The notes: generated by a model not told the origin, from the letters alone. A stretch of 64,000 bases of DNA from Thermodesulfobacteriota bacterium (GCA_965216785.1 OZ244197.1:1280001-1344000); one strand, 5' to 3'; shown: positions 19,208 through 29,419, counted from the first letter of the stretch. A program made the numbers and translations.

Positions 19208-20263
19208 ATGTGCCGGATTGTAACCATCGCATTTGTAATGCTGTTTTTATCGCTGGCAAGTACAAGCGAAGCGCAAAACTCTGCTGAGAAGAGATGTGAT
19301 ATACCAGGGGAGCTTACATTTGACCGGCCCGATCCACAAGGGACTCCCACGGTCGTAAACATAGAGCTATACGTTATAGATGTAAATCAAATTAAAGACG
19401 CGAACCAAACTTTTCTGACCGACTTTATTTTCACGCTCGACTGGAAAGACCCGCGCCTGTCTGAAGCCTCGTTGGGCAAGTCCCTTGAGTATTGCAGAAT
19501 CGATATTAACAGCGTGTGGAATCCGGCAATTAATCTTGTTAACATGTCCTGGCCTATCAAAACGTTCTATGACGACGTCGTAACCGTGGATGCCGAAGGT
19601 AACGTTCAGTTCTATCAGCGGACACTGGGATTTTTAGAGTCTCCCTTAAATATTGAGAAATTCCCATTCGACAGACAGATACTACCGATTACTTTTGCGT
19701 CGATTGACTATAACCCCCGGCAATTGACCCTGAAAGTAGACTCTAAAGACAGCGGAATGAGAGAGAAGCTCTCAATTGTGGGATGGGATATAAATCCTGA
19801 GCTTGGTTTTGAAAATAAAAATGAGAGTGTGCCGGTTTTGGGTGAAGTGCCGCTCGTAGAATTTCAAATTAGCGCAAAGCGAGTGTCGAGTTATTTTGTT
19901 TTGCTGTTCATGTTTTCACTCAGTCTCATTGTTTTGATGGCGTGGTGCGTGTTTTGGATCGATCCCTCGCAGCTAGGACCGCAGATCGGCATATCTACCG
20001 CCTCGGTATTCACTCTAATAGCTTTCCGTTTCGCGATATCAAACCAGCTGCCGAAAGTCTCATTTTTAACCGTTATGGATAAATTCGTTTTGTTCAGCAC
20101 TATCCTGATTTTCCTGGCGCTTGGTGAATCTATACTCGTAAGCAGGATTGCCAGGCAGGGTAATGAATCATTGGCGCGAAAAATTGATAGTACCGCAAGA
20201 TGGGTCTATTTAGGATTTTTTGCTATCTTACTGCTATATATATTCATTCTTTCCCGCAGTTGA
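19208..20263 (+). CDS. Prokaryotic pentameric ligand-gated ion channel (GLIC/ELIC-like)
   Basis: Signal peptide, W-x-DPRL, WNP, FPFDRQ Pro-loop, four C-terminal TM helices, LPKVSFLT. Confidence 0.9.
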   Translation: MCRIVTIAFVMLFLSLASTSEAQNSAEKRCDIPGELTFDRPDPQGTPTVVNIELYVIDVNQIKDANQTFLTDFIFTLDWKDPRLSEASLGKSLEYCRIDINSVWNPAINLVNMSWPIKTFYDDVVTVDAEGNVQFYQRTLGFLESPLNIEKFPFDRQILPITFASIDYNPRQLTLKVDSKDSGMREKLSIVGWDINPELGFENKNESVPVLGEVPLVEFQISAKRVSSYFVLLFMFSLSLIVLMAWCVFWIDPSQLGPQIGISTASVFTLIAFRFAISNQLPKVSFLTVMDKFVLFSTILIFLALGESILVSRIARQGNESLARKIDSTARWVYLGFFAILLLYIFILSRS

Positions 20264-20328
20264 TTCTCGGGCGTTTCTCACAAGTTCTCATATCTTGGCA
20301 CAATTAACCAAAATTCCATAAAATAGGA

Positions 20329-20373
20329 ATGGTATTCATGAGGCCCATGTTTCGAATCCCCTCGGCACCACCA
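20329..20373 (+). repeat. Second, degenerate tRNA-Ala 3' half
   Basis: ATGGTATTCATGAGGCCCATGTTTCGAATCCCCTCGGCACCACCA. Confidence 0.75.
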
Positions 20374-20495
20374 GTTTCACTCGATACTCTCTTTCAGGAT
20401 CATTTTTGATCATTTAATACAATATATATTGTGCCACCTGGCACTTTATATTTGTGCCTATTTCATAATCATCCATAATCATTGCTTATTATCTT

Positions 20496-20512
20496 TTGGC
20501 ACAAGATTTGAA
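20496..20512 (+). promoter_or_regulatory. Sigma54-like promoter upstream of the di-heme gene
   Basis: TTGGCACAAGATTTGAA; palindrome GTGCCACCTGGCAC ~65 bp upstream. Confidence 0.55.
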
Positions 20513-20592
20513 TAAAAGTATTAATAATATTGATGCGAGGCCGCAGTCAAGAGAGGGTCTTTCATATTTAACACTTACAGGGGGGAATACAT

Positions 20593-22221
20593 ATGATGTC
20601 ATGCAAAAGAGTGATAGCAGTACCGCTTTACGTTTTGCTTAGTCTTTCTTTTGTTCTCCTATCGGATTTCTTTCCCATACCTAGCGCACATGCTCAGCTT
20701 ACCGATGAGACGCAGACTTTCCCGAACGTCCCGGGCGGGACAATCGGGAAATCGCTTGAAGAGCAGATAGGCGCTGGCACTGGTGATGAGTTTACACCGG
20801 GCTCTTCTACCTATCTTATTAAGCGCGATCCGGCGCGCTCAATCCGCCGCGGGCGCCAGCTCTTTCAGCGTAAGTTCACTGAGGCCCAAGGCCAAGGACC
20901 GCGCGCGAGCGAAGATTCCGCTGGAAACATACGGGAAATGCGTGAGCTCGGCGCTGGGCTTGCCGATAGCTGCGCCACTTGCCACGGACGCCCAAGGGGA
21001 GCCGCCGGGTTTGGCGGAGACGTCGCTACGCGCCCGGACAGCCGTGACGCCCCTCATCTTTTCGGACTCGGGCTTGTGGAGATGCTCGGGGATGAGATCA
21101 CCCGGGACCTTAGAACCATAAGGGGCGAAGCCATCACCCAAGCCGAGGTGCAGGGAAGCGCCGTTACACTTGAGCTTAAGAGTAAGGGAATCTCATACGG
21201 CTTCATTACCGCAGTGCCCGACGGGAGCGTCGATACGACGCAAGTAGCCGGCGTAGACGAAGACTTGAGGGTACGCCCGTTCTTTCACGAGGGAGGTACA
21301 ATGTCGATACGCGAGTTTATCATAGGCGCTTTTAAGGCAGAGATGGGTCTTGAGACCCCGGATGACCTTCTTTGCAGAGCGACAGACCCTGATAACCCTG
21401 AGCTTGTAATTACCCCTTCAGGGATGGAGTTTGATCCCGAGCTCGATACGATTGAAAGGCCTCCAGTGTGTGACGCCGCTGAGGACGGGGACGGAGACGG
21501 CGTGGTTAACGAGATAGACCCTGCGGTTGTGGATCATTTGGAGTTTTATCTCCTTAACTACTTCAAGCCCGGTACCGGGAAGATGACAAAACGCGCTGAA
21601 AAGGGACTCGAGCTTATGGAAAGTATAGGCTGCACCTCTTGCCACGTGCAGAGCTTGACTGTCGAGAATGACAGACGTATAGCAGATGTGGAGACCGTTC
21701 ACGACCCTGAAAAAGGGATATTCAACCGTCTGTTCGCGACAGCAACGACATTATTTAAAACAGTTGAGGACGGTGAGGAGTTCCCTCAGCTTCTCCCCAA
21801 TGAAGAATCTTTTGAGGTAAAGAATATCTTCACCGATTTAAAGCGCCACGATCTCGGCCCCGCGTTTCATGAGCGGGAATATGACGGCAGCACGGTAACG
21901 GAGTTTATGACAGAGCCCCTTTGGGGTGTAGCCACCACAGCCCCTTACGGTCACGACGGGAGGAGTATAAACCTTGAAGAGGTGATCCTCCGCCACGGCG
22001 GCGAGGCTGAGGAATCAAAGAGAAAATTTGCGAGATTGAATGCTAACCGGCGGGGTATGGTGCTCGAATTCCTGAGAGCCCTTGTTCTGTTCCCGCCTGA
22101 CGACACGGCCTCTAGCCTGAACCCCGGAAACCCCGGGACTGCTAACCCGCAGGACCCTGTGGAGCACGGATCCATTAATCTGGGCGCGCTCTTTCAAATT
22201 GAGTCCGAGGGCGGGGAGTAG
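20593..22221 (+). CDS. Secreted di-heme oxidoreductase (DHOR/putative peroxidase family)
   Basis: Two CxxCH (CATCH, CTSCH), APHLFGLG, TDLKRHDLG, TEPLWG...PYGHDGR. Confidence 0.8.
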   Translation: MMSCKRVIAVPLYVLLSLSFVLLSDFFPIPSAHAQLTDETQTFPNVPGGTIGKSLEEQIGAGTGDEFTPGSSTYLIKRDPARSIRRGRQLFQRKFTEAQGQGPRASEDSAGNIREMRELGAGLADSCATCHGRPRGAAGFGGDVATRPDSRDAPHLFGLGLVEMLGDEITRDLRTIRGEAITQAEVQGSAVTLELKSKGISYGFITAVPDGSVDTTQVAGVDEDLRVRPFFHEGGTMSIREFIIGAFKAEMGLETPDDLLCRATDPDNPELVITPSGMEFDPELDTIERPPVCDAAEDGDGDGVVNEIDPAVVDHLEFYLLNYFKPGTGKMTKRAEKGLELMESIGCTSCHVQSLTVENDRRIADVETVHDPEKGIFNRLFATATTLFKTVEDGEEFPQLLPNEESFEVKNIFTDLKRHDLGPAFHEREYDGSTVTEFMTEPLWGVATTAPYGHDGRSINLEEVILRHGGEAEESKRKFARLNANRRGMVLEFLRALVLFPPDDTASSLNPGNPGTANPQDPVEHGSINLGALFQIESEGGE

Positions 22222-22268
22222 TTAGTAAGATTGACAACCGGGCATGACTGAGGTTAGATAGTCACGCT

Positions 22269-22814
22269 ATGGCACAGAGCGACAGAGAGCGGCTTAAGGA
22301 GATACTGAAAGAAAAATCGATACTCCGGGGCGAGTTCACCCTAGCCTCGGGCAAAAAGAGCGACTATTACATTGACGCCAGGCTCACCACGCTCGACCCT
22401 GAAGGCGTTTACCTGATCGGGAAAATATTCCTTGAAGAGATAAGAAAGGACTCGGACATCAGCGCCGTTGGCGGCCCTACTATGGGGGCTGACCCGATCG
22501 TCGGCTCTCTTCTGGTCCTAAGCCACCAGAGCGGCTCCCCGCTTCCGGGGTTTCTTGTCCGCAAGCAGGAAAAGGGCCACGGCACGGGGAAATTGATCGA
22601 AGGGAACTTAAATCCGGGTGATATAACCGCCGTTGTAGAAGACGTTGTAACCACTGCGGGCTCCGTGATCAAAGCCATACACGCAGTGCGTGAGGCGGGC
22701 GCAGAAGTGAAAAAAGCTCTCGTTATTGTAGACAGGGAAGAGGGCGGACAAGAAAAATTCAGCGAGATCGGCGTCCCGTTATACTCCATATTTAAAATCT
22801 CAGAGCTTCTTTAG
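22269..22814 (+). CDS. pyrE: Orotate phosphoribosyltransferase
   Basis: FTLASGKKSDYYID, RKQEKGHG, VVEDVVTTAGS. Confidence 0.95.
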   Translation: MAQSDRERLKEILKEKSILRGEFTLASGKKSDYYIDARLTTLDPEGVYLIGKIFLEEIRKDSDISAVGGPTMGADPIVGSLLVLSHQSGSPLPGFLVRKQEKGHGTGKLIEGNLNPGDITAVVEDVVTTAGSVIKAIHAVREAGAEVKKALVIVDREEGGQEKFSEIGVPLYSIFKISELL

Positions 22815-22817
22815 ACC

Positions 22818-24200
22818 TCAAGGGGCTGCGATGTCGAACTCTTCGAGCTTTCGTCTGAGAGTAAGGCGGTTTATTCCAAGAGTCCTTGCCGCCTGAGAGC
22901 GGTTCCAGCCGCTTGCCTCTAGCGCCTCTACGAGCATTATCCTCTCGGACTGTTTTATTATACGCTCGTAGACGTTCGTGTTGTCCCCTTTTCTGATGAG
23001 CGCCTTTACGGACTGCCTGAGCGAGTCCTGGTATGAAGCGGGCTCGGGCGCAAGCTCGCGGGCGGGCTTTAGATGTATATCGAGATCAAAGGAAGTTAAG
23101 TAAGGGGTTTTGGTAAAAGCGATAGCTTTACGTATGACGTTTTCTAGCTCCCTGACGTTCCCCGGCCAGTCGTACTCAAGGAGTCTTTCCTGAAACTTTT
23201 CCGTGACGCCGTGAATATCTTTCCCGATCTGGTTTGCGTGCCTTCTGGTAAGACACTCGGTCAGAAGGGCTATGTCTTCCTTTCTTTCTTTAAGCGCCGG
23301 GAGCTTAATATTTACGACGTTTATTCTGTAGTAAAGGTCCTCTCTGAACCTCCCTTGAGAGACGAGGGTATCGATGTCTTTATTTGTAGCTGTAATGATT
23401 CTTACGTCAACGGACTGCTCCGTGTTACTTCCCAGTCGGTGAAACGCGCCGCTCTGTAGTACACGCAGCACCTTGGCCTGGAGCGAGAGCGACATATCGC
23501 CGATTTCATCCAGAAAAATAATGCCGCCGTCGGCCTCTTCGAATTTCCCGATCCTTGACGTATCAGCCCCTGTAAACGCGCCCTTATTGTAGCCAAATAG
23601 CTCGGCCTCGAGAAGGTTCTCCGGGATCGCGGCGCAGTTAAGCACTACAAAAGGCTTCTCCCATCTTGTGCTTACTTTCCACACGGACTCTGCCACAAGC
23701 TCTTTTCCTGTTCCGCTCTCGCCTGTAATGAGCACGGGGACGTCCACCCTGCCTACCTGTCCGATGAGCTTGCATATATCCTGGAGCATCGGAGAGTCTC
23801 CGACTATCGCGCACGTGACGCTAGAGCCCTCTACCTCGCCCGGAAACTTTATTACGCTCTCTTTGGTCTCTGAGTTAATACCGAGCGCCCGGTTTACGGA
23901 TTCGGCCAAATGGGAAGACTTAAGTGGTCTAAAGACACAGTCAAACGCTCCGAATGTCATCGATTCTATCAGATACCTGGCGCCTTTCTCGGCGGTTATT
24001 ACGACTACAAATGCCTTTTTCTTTAAGCTGTCGAGTCCGCTTAATCCGGCGCTGTCCACGTCCAAAAGCACTACGTCGGTGTCCTTTATATCTTCAATAC
24101 ACTCAAAGACGGATATCTCGATTGAGCCAAGTATCCCGTTTATTTCCGCGATTAATCCGGTATCTTTACTAAGAATCGATACTTTTCCTGGTTTAGACAT
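22818..24200 (-). CDS. Sigma54-dependent Fis-family activator with atypical receiver domain
   Basis: [29 protein letters not shown]-terminal HTH. Confidence 0.92.
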   Translation of the reverse strand: MSKPGKVSILSKDTGLIAEINGILGSIEISVFECIEDIKDTDVVLLDVDSAGLSGLDSLKKKAFVVVITAEKGARYLIESMTFGAFDCVFRPLKSSHLAESVNRALGINSETKESVIKFPGEVEGSSVTCAIVGDSPMLQDICKLIGQVGRVDVPVLITGESGTGKELVAESVWKVSTRWEKPFVVLNCAAIPENLLEAELFGYNKGAFTGADTSRIGKFEEADGGIIFLDEIGDMSLSLQAKVLRVLQSGAFHRLGSNTEQSVDVRIITATNKDIDTLVSQGRFREDLYYRINVVNIKLPALKERKEDIALLTECLTRRHANQIGKDIHGVTEKFQERLLEYDWPGNVRELENVIRKAIAFTKTPYLTSFDLDIHLKPARELAPEPASYQDSLRQSVKALIRKGDNTNVYERIIKQSERIMLVEALEASGWNRSQAARTLGINRLTLRRKLEEFDIAAP

Positions 24201-24302
24201 AATGCACCCTTGACTGTTACAAAAATATACAAGCTGATTACAAAATAATCAAGGACTTGCAGTATCTTCTTGAAAACCGGCTTAAATCCCTTATATTAGC
24301 AC

Positions 24303-24319
24303 CTGGCACTTTAATTGCC
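24303..24319 (+). promoter_or_regulatory. Sigma54 promoter for permease-cysH
   Basis: CTGGCACTTTAATTGCC, perfect TGGCAC-N5-TTGC. Confidence 0.8.
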
Positions 24320-24400
24320 TAAAGTATTCGGATTCGGAATCTATATATATAAAATCATTATCATAACTCTTATGCAATATAACTCACAGGAGATAAGTAG

Positions 24401-25414
24401 TTGGAATTGATACTGCCCATAGCGCTTGTGCTCTCGGCGTTTCTGGCATTGAATATAGGTGCTAACAACTCAGCCGCCGCTATGGCTACCTCTTACGGTG
24501 CCGGGGTAAGGTCAAAGAGGCAGGCCACTATACTTATAGCCATATTCGCCTTACTCGGCGCGGTGGTAGCAGGCGCCCCGGTCGTCAGCACGCTCGGAAA
24601 GGGGCTTGTACCCAGCGACGTACTGTCCGCTCACGTCGGGCTTGTATTAATAATATTCGTAATCGCCATATTATTCGTATCCTGGGCCAATGTGGCTCGC
24701 GTGCCTATCGCTACCACACATGCGATAGTGTGCGCTATAGCGGGCGTAGGTATATACTCGAGCGCACTAAACGGCCAGAAATTTATAGAGATAATCATTT
24801 GGTGGGTATGCGCTCCTATTATCGCGTTTGTAATTAATTTTGTTGTAGCGAGATACCTGTATTTCAGAACGCTTAAGTATCTGACAGACCGTTACTCGGA
24901 GACGAATATAAACCGCATTCTTACTATTTTGATTACGGTTTCGGGTACGTTTCTGGCATTCTCCGCGGGGGCCAATAACTCGGCCAACGCCGTTGGACCT
25001 ATAGTGGGGCTCGGGCTGATCAGCTCTTACTGGGGAGCGGTGATCGCGGGTGTCGCCATGGGCGTAGGAGCCATATTGTTCGGAGGCCGGGTGCTTGATT
25101 CTGTGGGAAAGGAAATAACCGAGATTTGTATCTTAAGGGCTGTTTCGGTTGAATTTACCGCGGCTGCGCTCATACTGATAGCGTCGGTGTCCGGTATTCC
25201 CGTATCTATAGCGGAGATCGTGACATCGGGTATAATTGGTTTTTCATGCGCTCAACAGGGTTTTGGTGTTACGGCGCGGAACCGGCATGTAATGAGGATC
25301 GCGTTTTTCTGGATTGTGATTCCGTTCATAGCCGTCGGTATGGGTTACGCATTATCGTCCTTATATTTTAACTATAACGTCGGGGAGATAATAAGTATGA
25401 GTATCGGTCATTAG
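24401..25414 (+). CDS. PiT-family anion permease, probably CysP-like sulfate permease
   Basis: Two GANN motifs; TTG start with AGGAG SD; adjacent to cysH. Confidence 0.85.
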   Translation: MELILPIALVLSAFLALNIGANNSAAAMATSYGAGVRSKRQATILIAIFALLGAVVAGAPVVSTLGKGLVPSDVLSAHVGLVLIIFVIAILFVSWANVARVPIATTHAIVCAIAGVGIYSSALNGQKFIEIIIWWVCAPIIAFVINFVVARYLYFRTLKYLTDRYSETNINRILTILITVSGTFLAFSAGANNSANAVGPIVGLGLISSYWGAVIAGVAMGVGAILFGGRVLDSVGKEITEICILRAVSVEFTAAALILIASVSGIPVSIAEIVTSGIIGFSCAQQGFGVTARNRHVMRIAFFWIVIPFIAVGMGYALSSLYFNYNVGEIISMSIGH

Positions 25415-25461
25415 ACCTTGTGCTCATATCATAAGCTTTTTCTGTACGGAGGTGCTTTACT

Positions 25462-26250
25462 ATTAACGTTGAAGCGGATTTATCTAAGGATTCCCTTGGC
25501 TCTGATAACACGGGCATAAGGTTTAACGCCGAGCAGGTAAGTGAGCTGAACCACGAATTTAAGGACAAAAGCCCGCACGATGTACTAGAGTGGGCTCTTG
25601 AAACCCTTCACCCGAGGCTTGCCATGGCATCGAGCTTTCAGTCCCAGGGTGTCGTGCTCATTGATATGTTCATGAAAGTCAGCAATGAAGCCAGGATTTT
25701 CACTCTGGACACAGGAAGACTGAACCAGGAAACCTACGACGTTATGGACAGGATAAGGAGCCACTATAGTACACAGATCGAGGTTTTGTTCCCTGATAAA
25801 GACGAAGTGGAAAAGATGGTTACCGAGCGTGGAATGAACCTTTTTTATAAGAGTAAGCAGAACAGGTTCTTATGCTGTGAAGTAAGGAAGGTCTACCCTC
25901 TCAAACAGTTTCTGGTCGGTCTAGATGGTTGGGTAACCTCAATCAGACGCGGGCAGACAGAGAACCGGGCCCAAGCCCAAAAGTTCGAAATAGACGAGCT
26001 TCACGGCGGCATATTAAAGATCAATCCGCTTGTAGACTGGAGTTCCAAACGTGTGTGGGACTACATAAACGAGCACAAGGTTCCTTACAATAAGCTCCAT
26101 GATCTCGGCTACCCCAGCATCGGCTGCGCGCCGTGCACACGCGCCGTAAAAGAAGGCGAGGACTCTAGAGCAGGCCGCTGGTGGTGGGAAAGCGACTCGG
26201 ATAAAGAGTGCGGCCTCCATATCGAGCACGATATAAGTACACCCAAGTAA
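25462..26250 (+). CDS. cysH: APS/PAPS reductase (4Fe-4S APS type); probable ATT start at 25462
   Basis: LDTG, CCEVRK, SIGCAPC, ECGLH; frame open from 25435 with N-terminal DVLEWALE helix; SD GGAGGTG 7 nt before ATT. Confidence 0.9.
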   Translation: MNVEADLSKDSLGSDNTGIRFNAEQVSELNHEFKDKSPHDVLEWALETLHPRLAMASSFQSQGVVLIDMFMKVSNEARIFTLDTGRLNQETYDVMDRIRSHYSTQIEVLFPDKDEVEKMVTERGMNLFYKSKQNRFLCCEVRKVYPLKQFLVGLDGWVTSIRRGQTENRAQAQKFEIDELHGGILKINPLVDWSSKRVWDYINEHKVPYNKLHDLGYPSIGCAPCTRAVKEGEDSRAGRWWWESDSDKECGLHIEHDISTPK

Positions 26251-26281
26251 TCACGCCGGACTCCTGAGCTGCTAATTCCTA

Positions 26282-26719
26282 TTATTGAAGATTAGAGTTT
26301 TCCCCGGACTCATCTGACTCTGTGGTAAAGGGAACGGGAGAGGCGTGGTGGATCAGCATAAGCCATCCTGAATCGGTTTTCTCAAAAATGTTTGTCGATA
26401 CCGAGACGTTCATCATTACAGGGTCTCTTCTGATATAGGTAAGCTCCTGGATACAGGTGACCCAGGCGGAATCACCTCTTAAGTCGACGGTGACGTTATG
26501 AAGGTTTATATGAAGTTTGTCCTCAGGGTCGAAAACGTTCTCCCAGCTTTGAATTATTGCGTCGTATCCCCTAAGCATAATCCACCCTGGGTGTGTGCAG
26601 CCTGCCCTCTCATCAGGGACGAAGACTGTTTTCATAAGCTCGAGGTCTCTGTCGCCCAGAGCTTCGTAAAACCGGCTGTTAGATTTAATGATCTGGTCTA
26701 TATCATGTTTGTCTGTCAT
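26282..26719 (-). CDS. SnoaL/NTF2-like protein
   Basis: NSRFYEAL, CTHPGW, TNIFEK, HHASP. Confidence 0.85.
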   Translation of the reverse strand: MTDKHDIDQIIKSNSRFYEALGDRDLELMKTVFVPDERAGCTHPGWIMLRGYDAIIQSWENVFDPEDKLHINLHNVTVDLRGDSAWVTCIQELTYIRRDPVMMNVSVSTNIFEKTDSGWLMLIHHASPVPFTTESDESGENSNLQ

Positions 26720-26768
26720 TTGCCTTTCTAATTTATACCCGATTAATCAACAAAATTCTTATAGTTTG

Positions 26769-27695
26769 TTATTGATATAGGGCGAGATAAGCGAGCACTG
26801 CTTTGGGTGACCTGCCGATCTGGTTCGGGGAAAATGTCCTGTCGGGGGTACGGAATTCTATATCGAAACCTTGTTTTCGGAGCTCTAAAAAGGCCGAGGC
26901 CACACGGCTAATTTGGCGCTCTAGCAAGCCTATATCCTTATGGGGAACAAATTTCAGCACGGCTTCTTTGTTCTCCGTCTCTTCCTCAATCTCTCTCACC
27001 ATCACTCTCCCTGTCTTAGCCGTAGTCTTCCAGTGAATAAGCTTTGGGTTGTCTCCGGAGTTATACTCTTTAATAGAGCGAATATCCTCTCCCGATCCGC
27101 TTCTTTGTTTGCTGCTTCCTTCCTGATCGGGGTTTCTGTGCTCAGGATTTTTTCTTATGTCTTCATAATCCAGTGAGACGTTTTGCAGTCTCGGATAGAC
27201 CAGAACATTATTTTCTCCAGTGTCTACCCTAATCCATTTTCTAAAGAATCCGAACGGGAACCTCGTAGAGAGCCTTGCCTCGGGGATTTTATTCCAGCCC
27301 CTGCGTCTGAATAAATAACTTACACCTACTATGCTTTCTTTTTTCGCCGGTAGGTAGGGTATAAATACTTTTTCGTTTTCAAGCTCAATAGATATGGAAT
27401 AAGAGGGTATCAAATACTTCTCGTTCCTAATAGAGAATTTAAGTTTTGAAGCTGATGCGGCAAACGCGTCTCCGGTGGGTTTCACTGTGACTTGGATCCT
27501 GGCGAGATTGATCATGGACATCACGCCCGAAGCTACTATGAAGCTGAGCATCATTCCGAAAGCAAGATACAGTAGGTTGTTGCCGGTATTGAGCGCCGCG
27601 AACCCAACGAAAAGGCTCAGTCCCAGGAACACCATTCCCTCTTTGGTCGGACTCGTCCTTGCCCAGTTGTCTTTTCCCAGCCTTAGAAGACCCAT
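26769..27695 (-). CDS. DUF58 family membrane protein
   Basis: AALNTGNNLLYL, TRFPFGFF, KEYNSGDNPKLIHWKTTAK. Confidence 0.85.
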   Translation of the reverse strand: MGLLRLGKDNWARTSPTKEGMVFLGLSLFVGFAALNTGNNLLYLAFGMMLSFIVASGVMSMINLARIQVTVKPTGDAFAASASKLKFSIRNEKYLIPSYSISIELENEKVFIPYLPAKKESIVGVSYLFRRRGWNKIPEARLSTRFPFGFFRKWIRVDTGENNVLVYPRLQNVSLDYEDIRKNPEHRNPDQEGSSKQRSGSGEDIRSIKEYNSGDNPKLIHWKTTAKTGRVMVREIEEETENKEAVLKFVPHKDIGLLERQISRVASAFLELRKQGFDIEFRTPDRTFSPNQIGRSPKAVLAYLALYQ

Positions 27696-27784
27696 TTTCT
27701 TAGTTTAGACCCGGCGCTTGTGATTAAGCTTGTACCCGCGTGGTTCTATATAGGAAATTATACAGCCACAGCGGTTTTTCCGCC

Positions 27785-29386
27785 CTATTGCTTTAGCACG
27801 TCCACTATCCTGTTAAAGGAGTTCAAAAGATCCCCTTTGACTCTTGATATGTCGTTGTAAATAGCAAGGAACATGATAAAGATCAGCAGCGTGAGCCCGA
27901 TCTTCTGGCTTATTTCCATTGAGCGCTGACTTAGCGGCTTTTTCTTAATGGCTTCAATCGCCAGGTACACAACATGACCGCCGTCTAGCATCGGTATAGG
28001 GAACAGATTGATTATCGCAAGGTTTATGCTGATAAAACATGTGAACTGCAGAAGCTGCGCGATGCCGCTCTCTGCGGCAGAGCCTGAGACCTTGGCAATA
28101 AGTATGGGACCCGCCAAGCTCTTACCCGCCGTACCCAGGGCTATCTTGCCCGTGACCAGCTTGTAAAGGAACCCGAACAGAAGCACAATAACTTCTATTA
28201 TCATTTTTGCGGCTTCTTGTACGCCTTTTACTATCGATTCGAAGAACCCGTACTGCTTTACCACCTCTTCAGTGTAGATCTGTATGCCGATAGCGCCCGC
28301 ACCGTCTTCCCCCAGGGGCTCTGGCGTGATTGATATGTCAAAAACTTCCTCTCCCCTTTCAATAGCCACAGTTAGCTCGTTTCCTGCGTTTTGTTTTATA
28401 ATAGACGCCATCTGGTCCCAGTCCGCGATACTGACCCCGTCTATCTCCGCAATCCTGTCACCTTTTTCAAGTTTCACGGCGTCGGCGGGTGTGCCGCTTA
28501 CCACGCCTCCCACTTTTGCCGGAATCGGCTCGCTGAACCCTATTGCCACTACACCTTCGGGCGATGCCTTAGCTATTACAGGGATCACCTGCTCCGTGCC
28601 GTCTCTGTCGATCTTGATATCAATCTCTACATCCGGGTTTGTTTGTACTGCGATATTGACGTCCCGCCAATTAGAGACTTCACTGCCTTCGATTTCAAGT
28701 ATCTTGTCCCCTTTTACAAAACCTGCTTCAGCGGCGGGAGACTCGGGATTTATGTAGCCGATCTCAGGCGCGCGCTCCAGATAAGCCGGCACCGTAATAC
28801 CGATCATGAATACCAGCGGCAGGAATATAAAAGGGAGTAGGAAATTCATAAAGGGTCCTGCTACCACTATTGCAAGCCTGTTCAGGATAGGCTGTGTCGA
28901 GAATCCGCGCGGGTATTCTTTCTCAGAGTATGTATCATTGCCTTCCAGGTCTCTTGCCTTTACCTGGATCTCAATTGGTTTTCCGTCCCTTTCCACAGTT
29001 ACTTCGTAATCCCTTTCAGGTTCTTTTTCAAGAACGGCTTCAAGCTGTTTCCACCGCTCGTATTCCTTGAGATCGAGCCCCTCGACATTCACTATTCTGT
29101 CGCCCGATTTAAACCCGCATCTCTCGGCCACGGATCCAGCTTCTACCTTATCTACTATGAAGTTGCCCTCAGAGCCCTCCCCATACATCTTAACGTAACC
29201 TCCGAGAGGGAGCATGCAGACCAGGTACTCAGTCTCGCCCCTTGTAAACCCGAAGAGCTTTTTCCCGAACCCGAGAGAAAACTTTTCGACCCTCACACCG
29301 CTCCACTTGGCTACCAGGAAATGCCCTAACTCGTGTATGAATACCAAAATCCCAATTACAAAAATAAAAGCTATTATTGCAGTCAT
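27785..29386 (-). CDS. rseP: RIP metalloprotease RseP with three PDZ domains
   Basis: HELGH, GGYVKM, AGP, NLFPIPMLDGG. Confidence 0.93.
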   Translation of the reverse strand: MTAIIAFIFVIGILVFIHELGHFLVAKWSGVRVEKFSLGFGKKLFGFTRGETEYLVCMLPLGGYVKMYGEGSEGNFIVDKVEAGSVAERCGFKSGDRIVNVEGLDLKEYERWKQLEAVLEKEPERDYEVTVERDGKPIEIQVKARDLEGNDTYSEKEYPRGFSTQPILNRLAIVVAGPFMNFLLPFIFLPLVFMIGITVPAYLERAPEIGYINPESPAAEAGFVKGDKILEIEGSEVSNWRDVNIAVQTNPDVEIDIKIDRDGTEQVIPVIAKASPEGVVAIGFSEPIPAKVGGVVSGTPADAVKLEKGDRIAEIDGVSIADWDQMASIIKQNAGNELTVAIERGEEVFDISITPEPLGEDGAGAIGIQIYTEEVVKQYGFFESIVKGVQEAAKMIIEVIVLLFGFLYKLVTGKIALGTAGKSLAGPILIAKVSGSAAESGIAQLLQFTCFISINLAIINLFPIPMLDGGHVVYLAIEAIKKKPLSQRSMEISQKIGLTLLIFIMFLAIYNDISRVKGDLLNSFNRIVDVLKQ

Positions 29387-29419
29387 ATTAATACGCTCTC
29401 CAATCGTTATTTATATATT

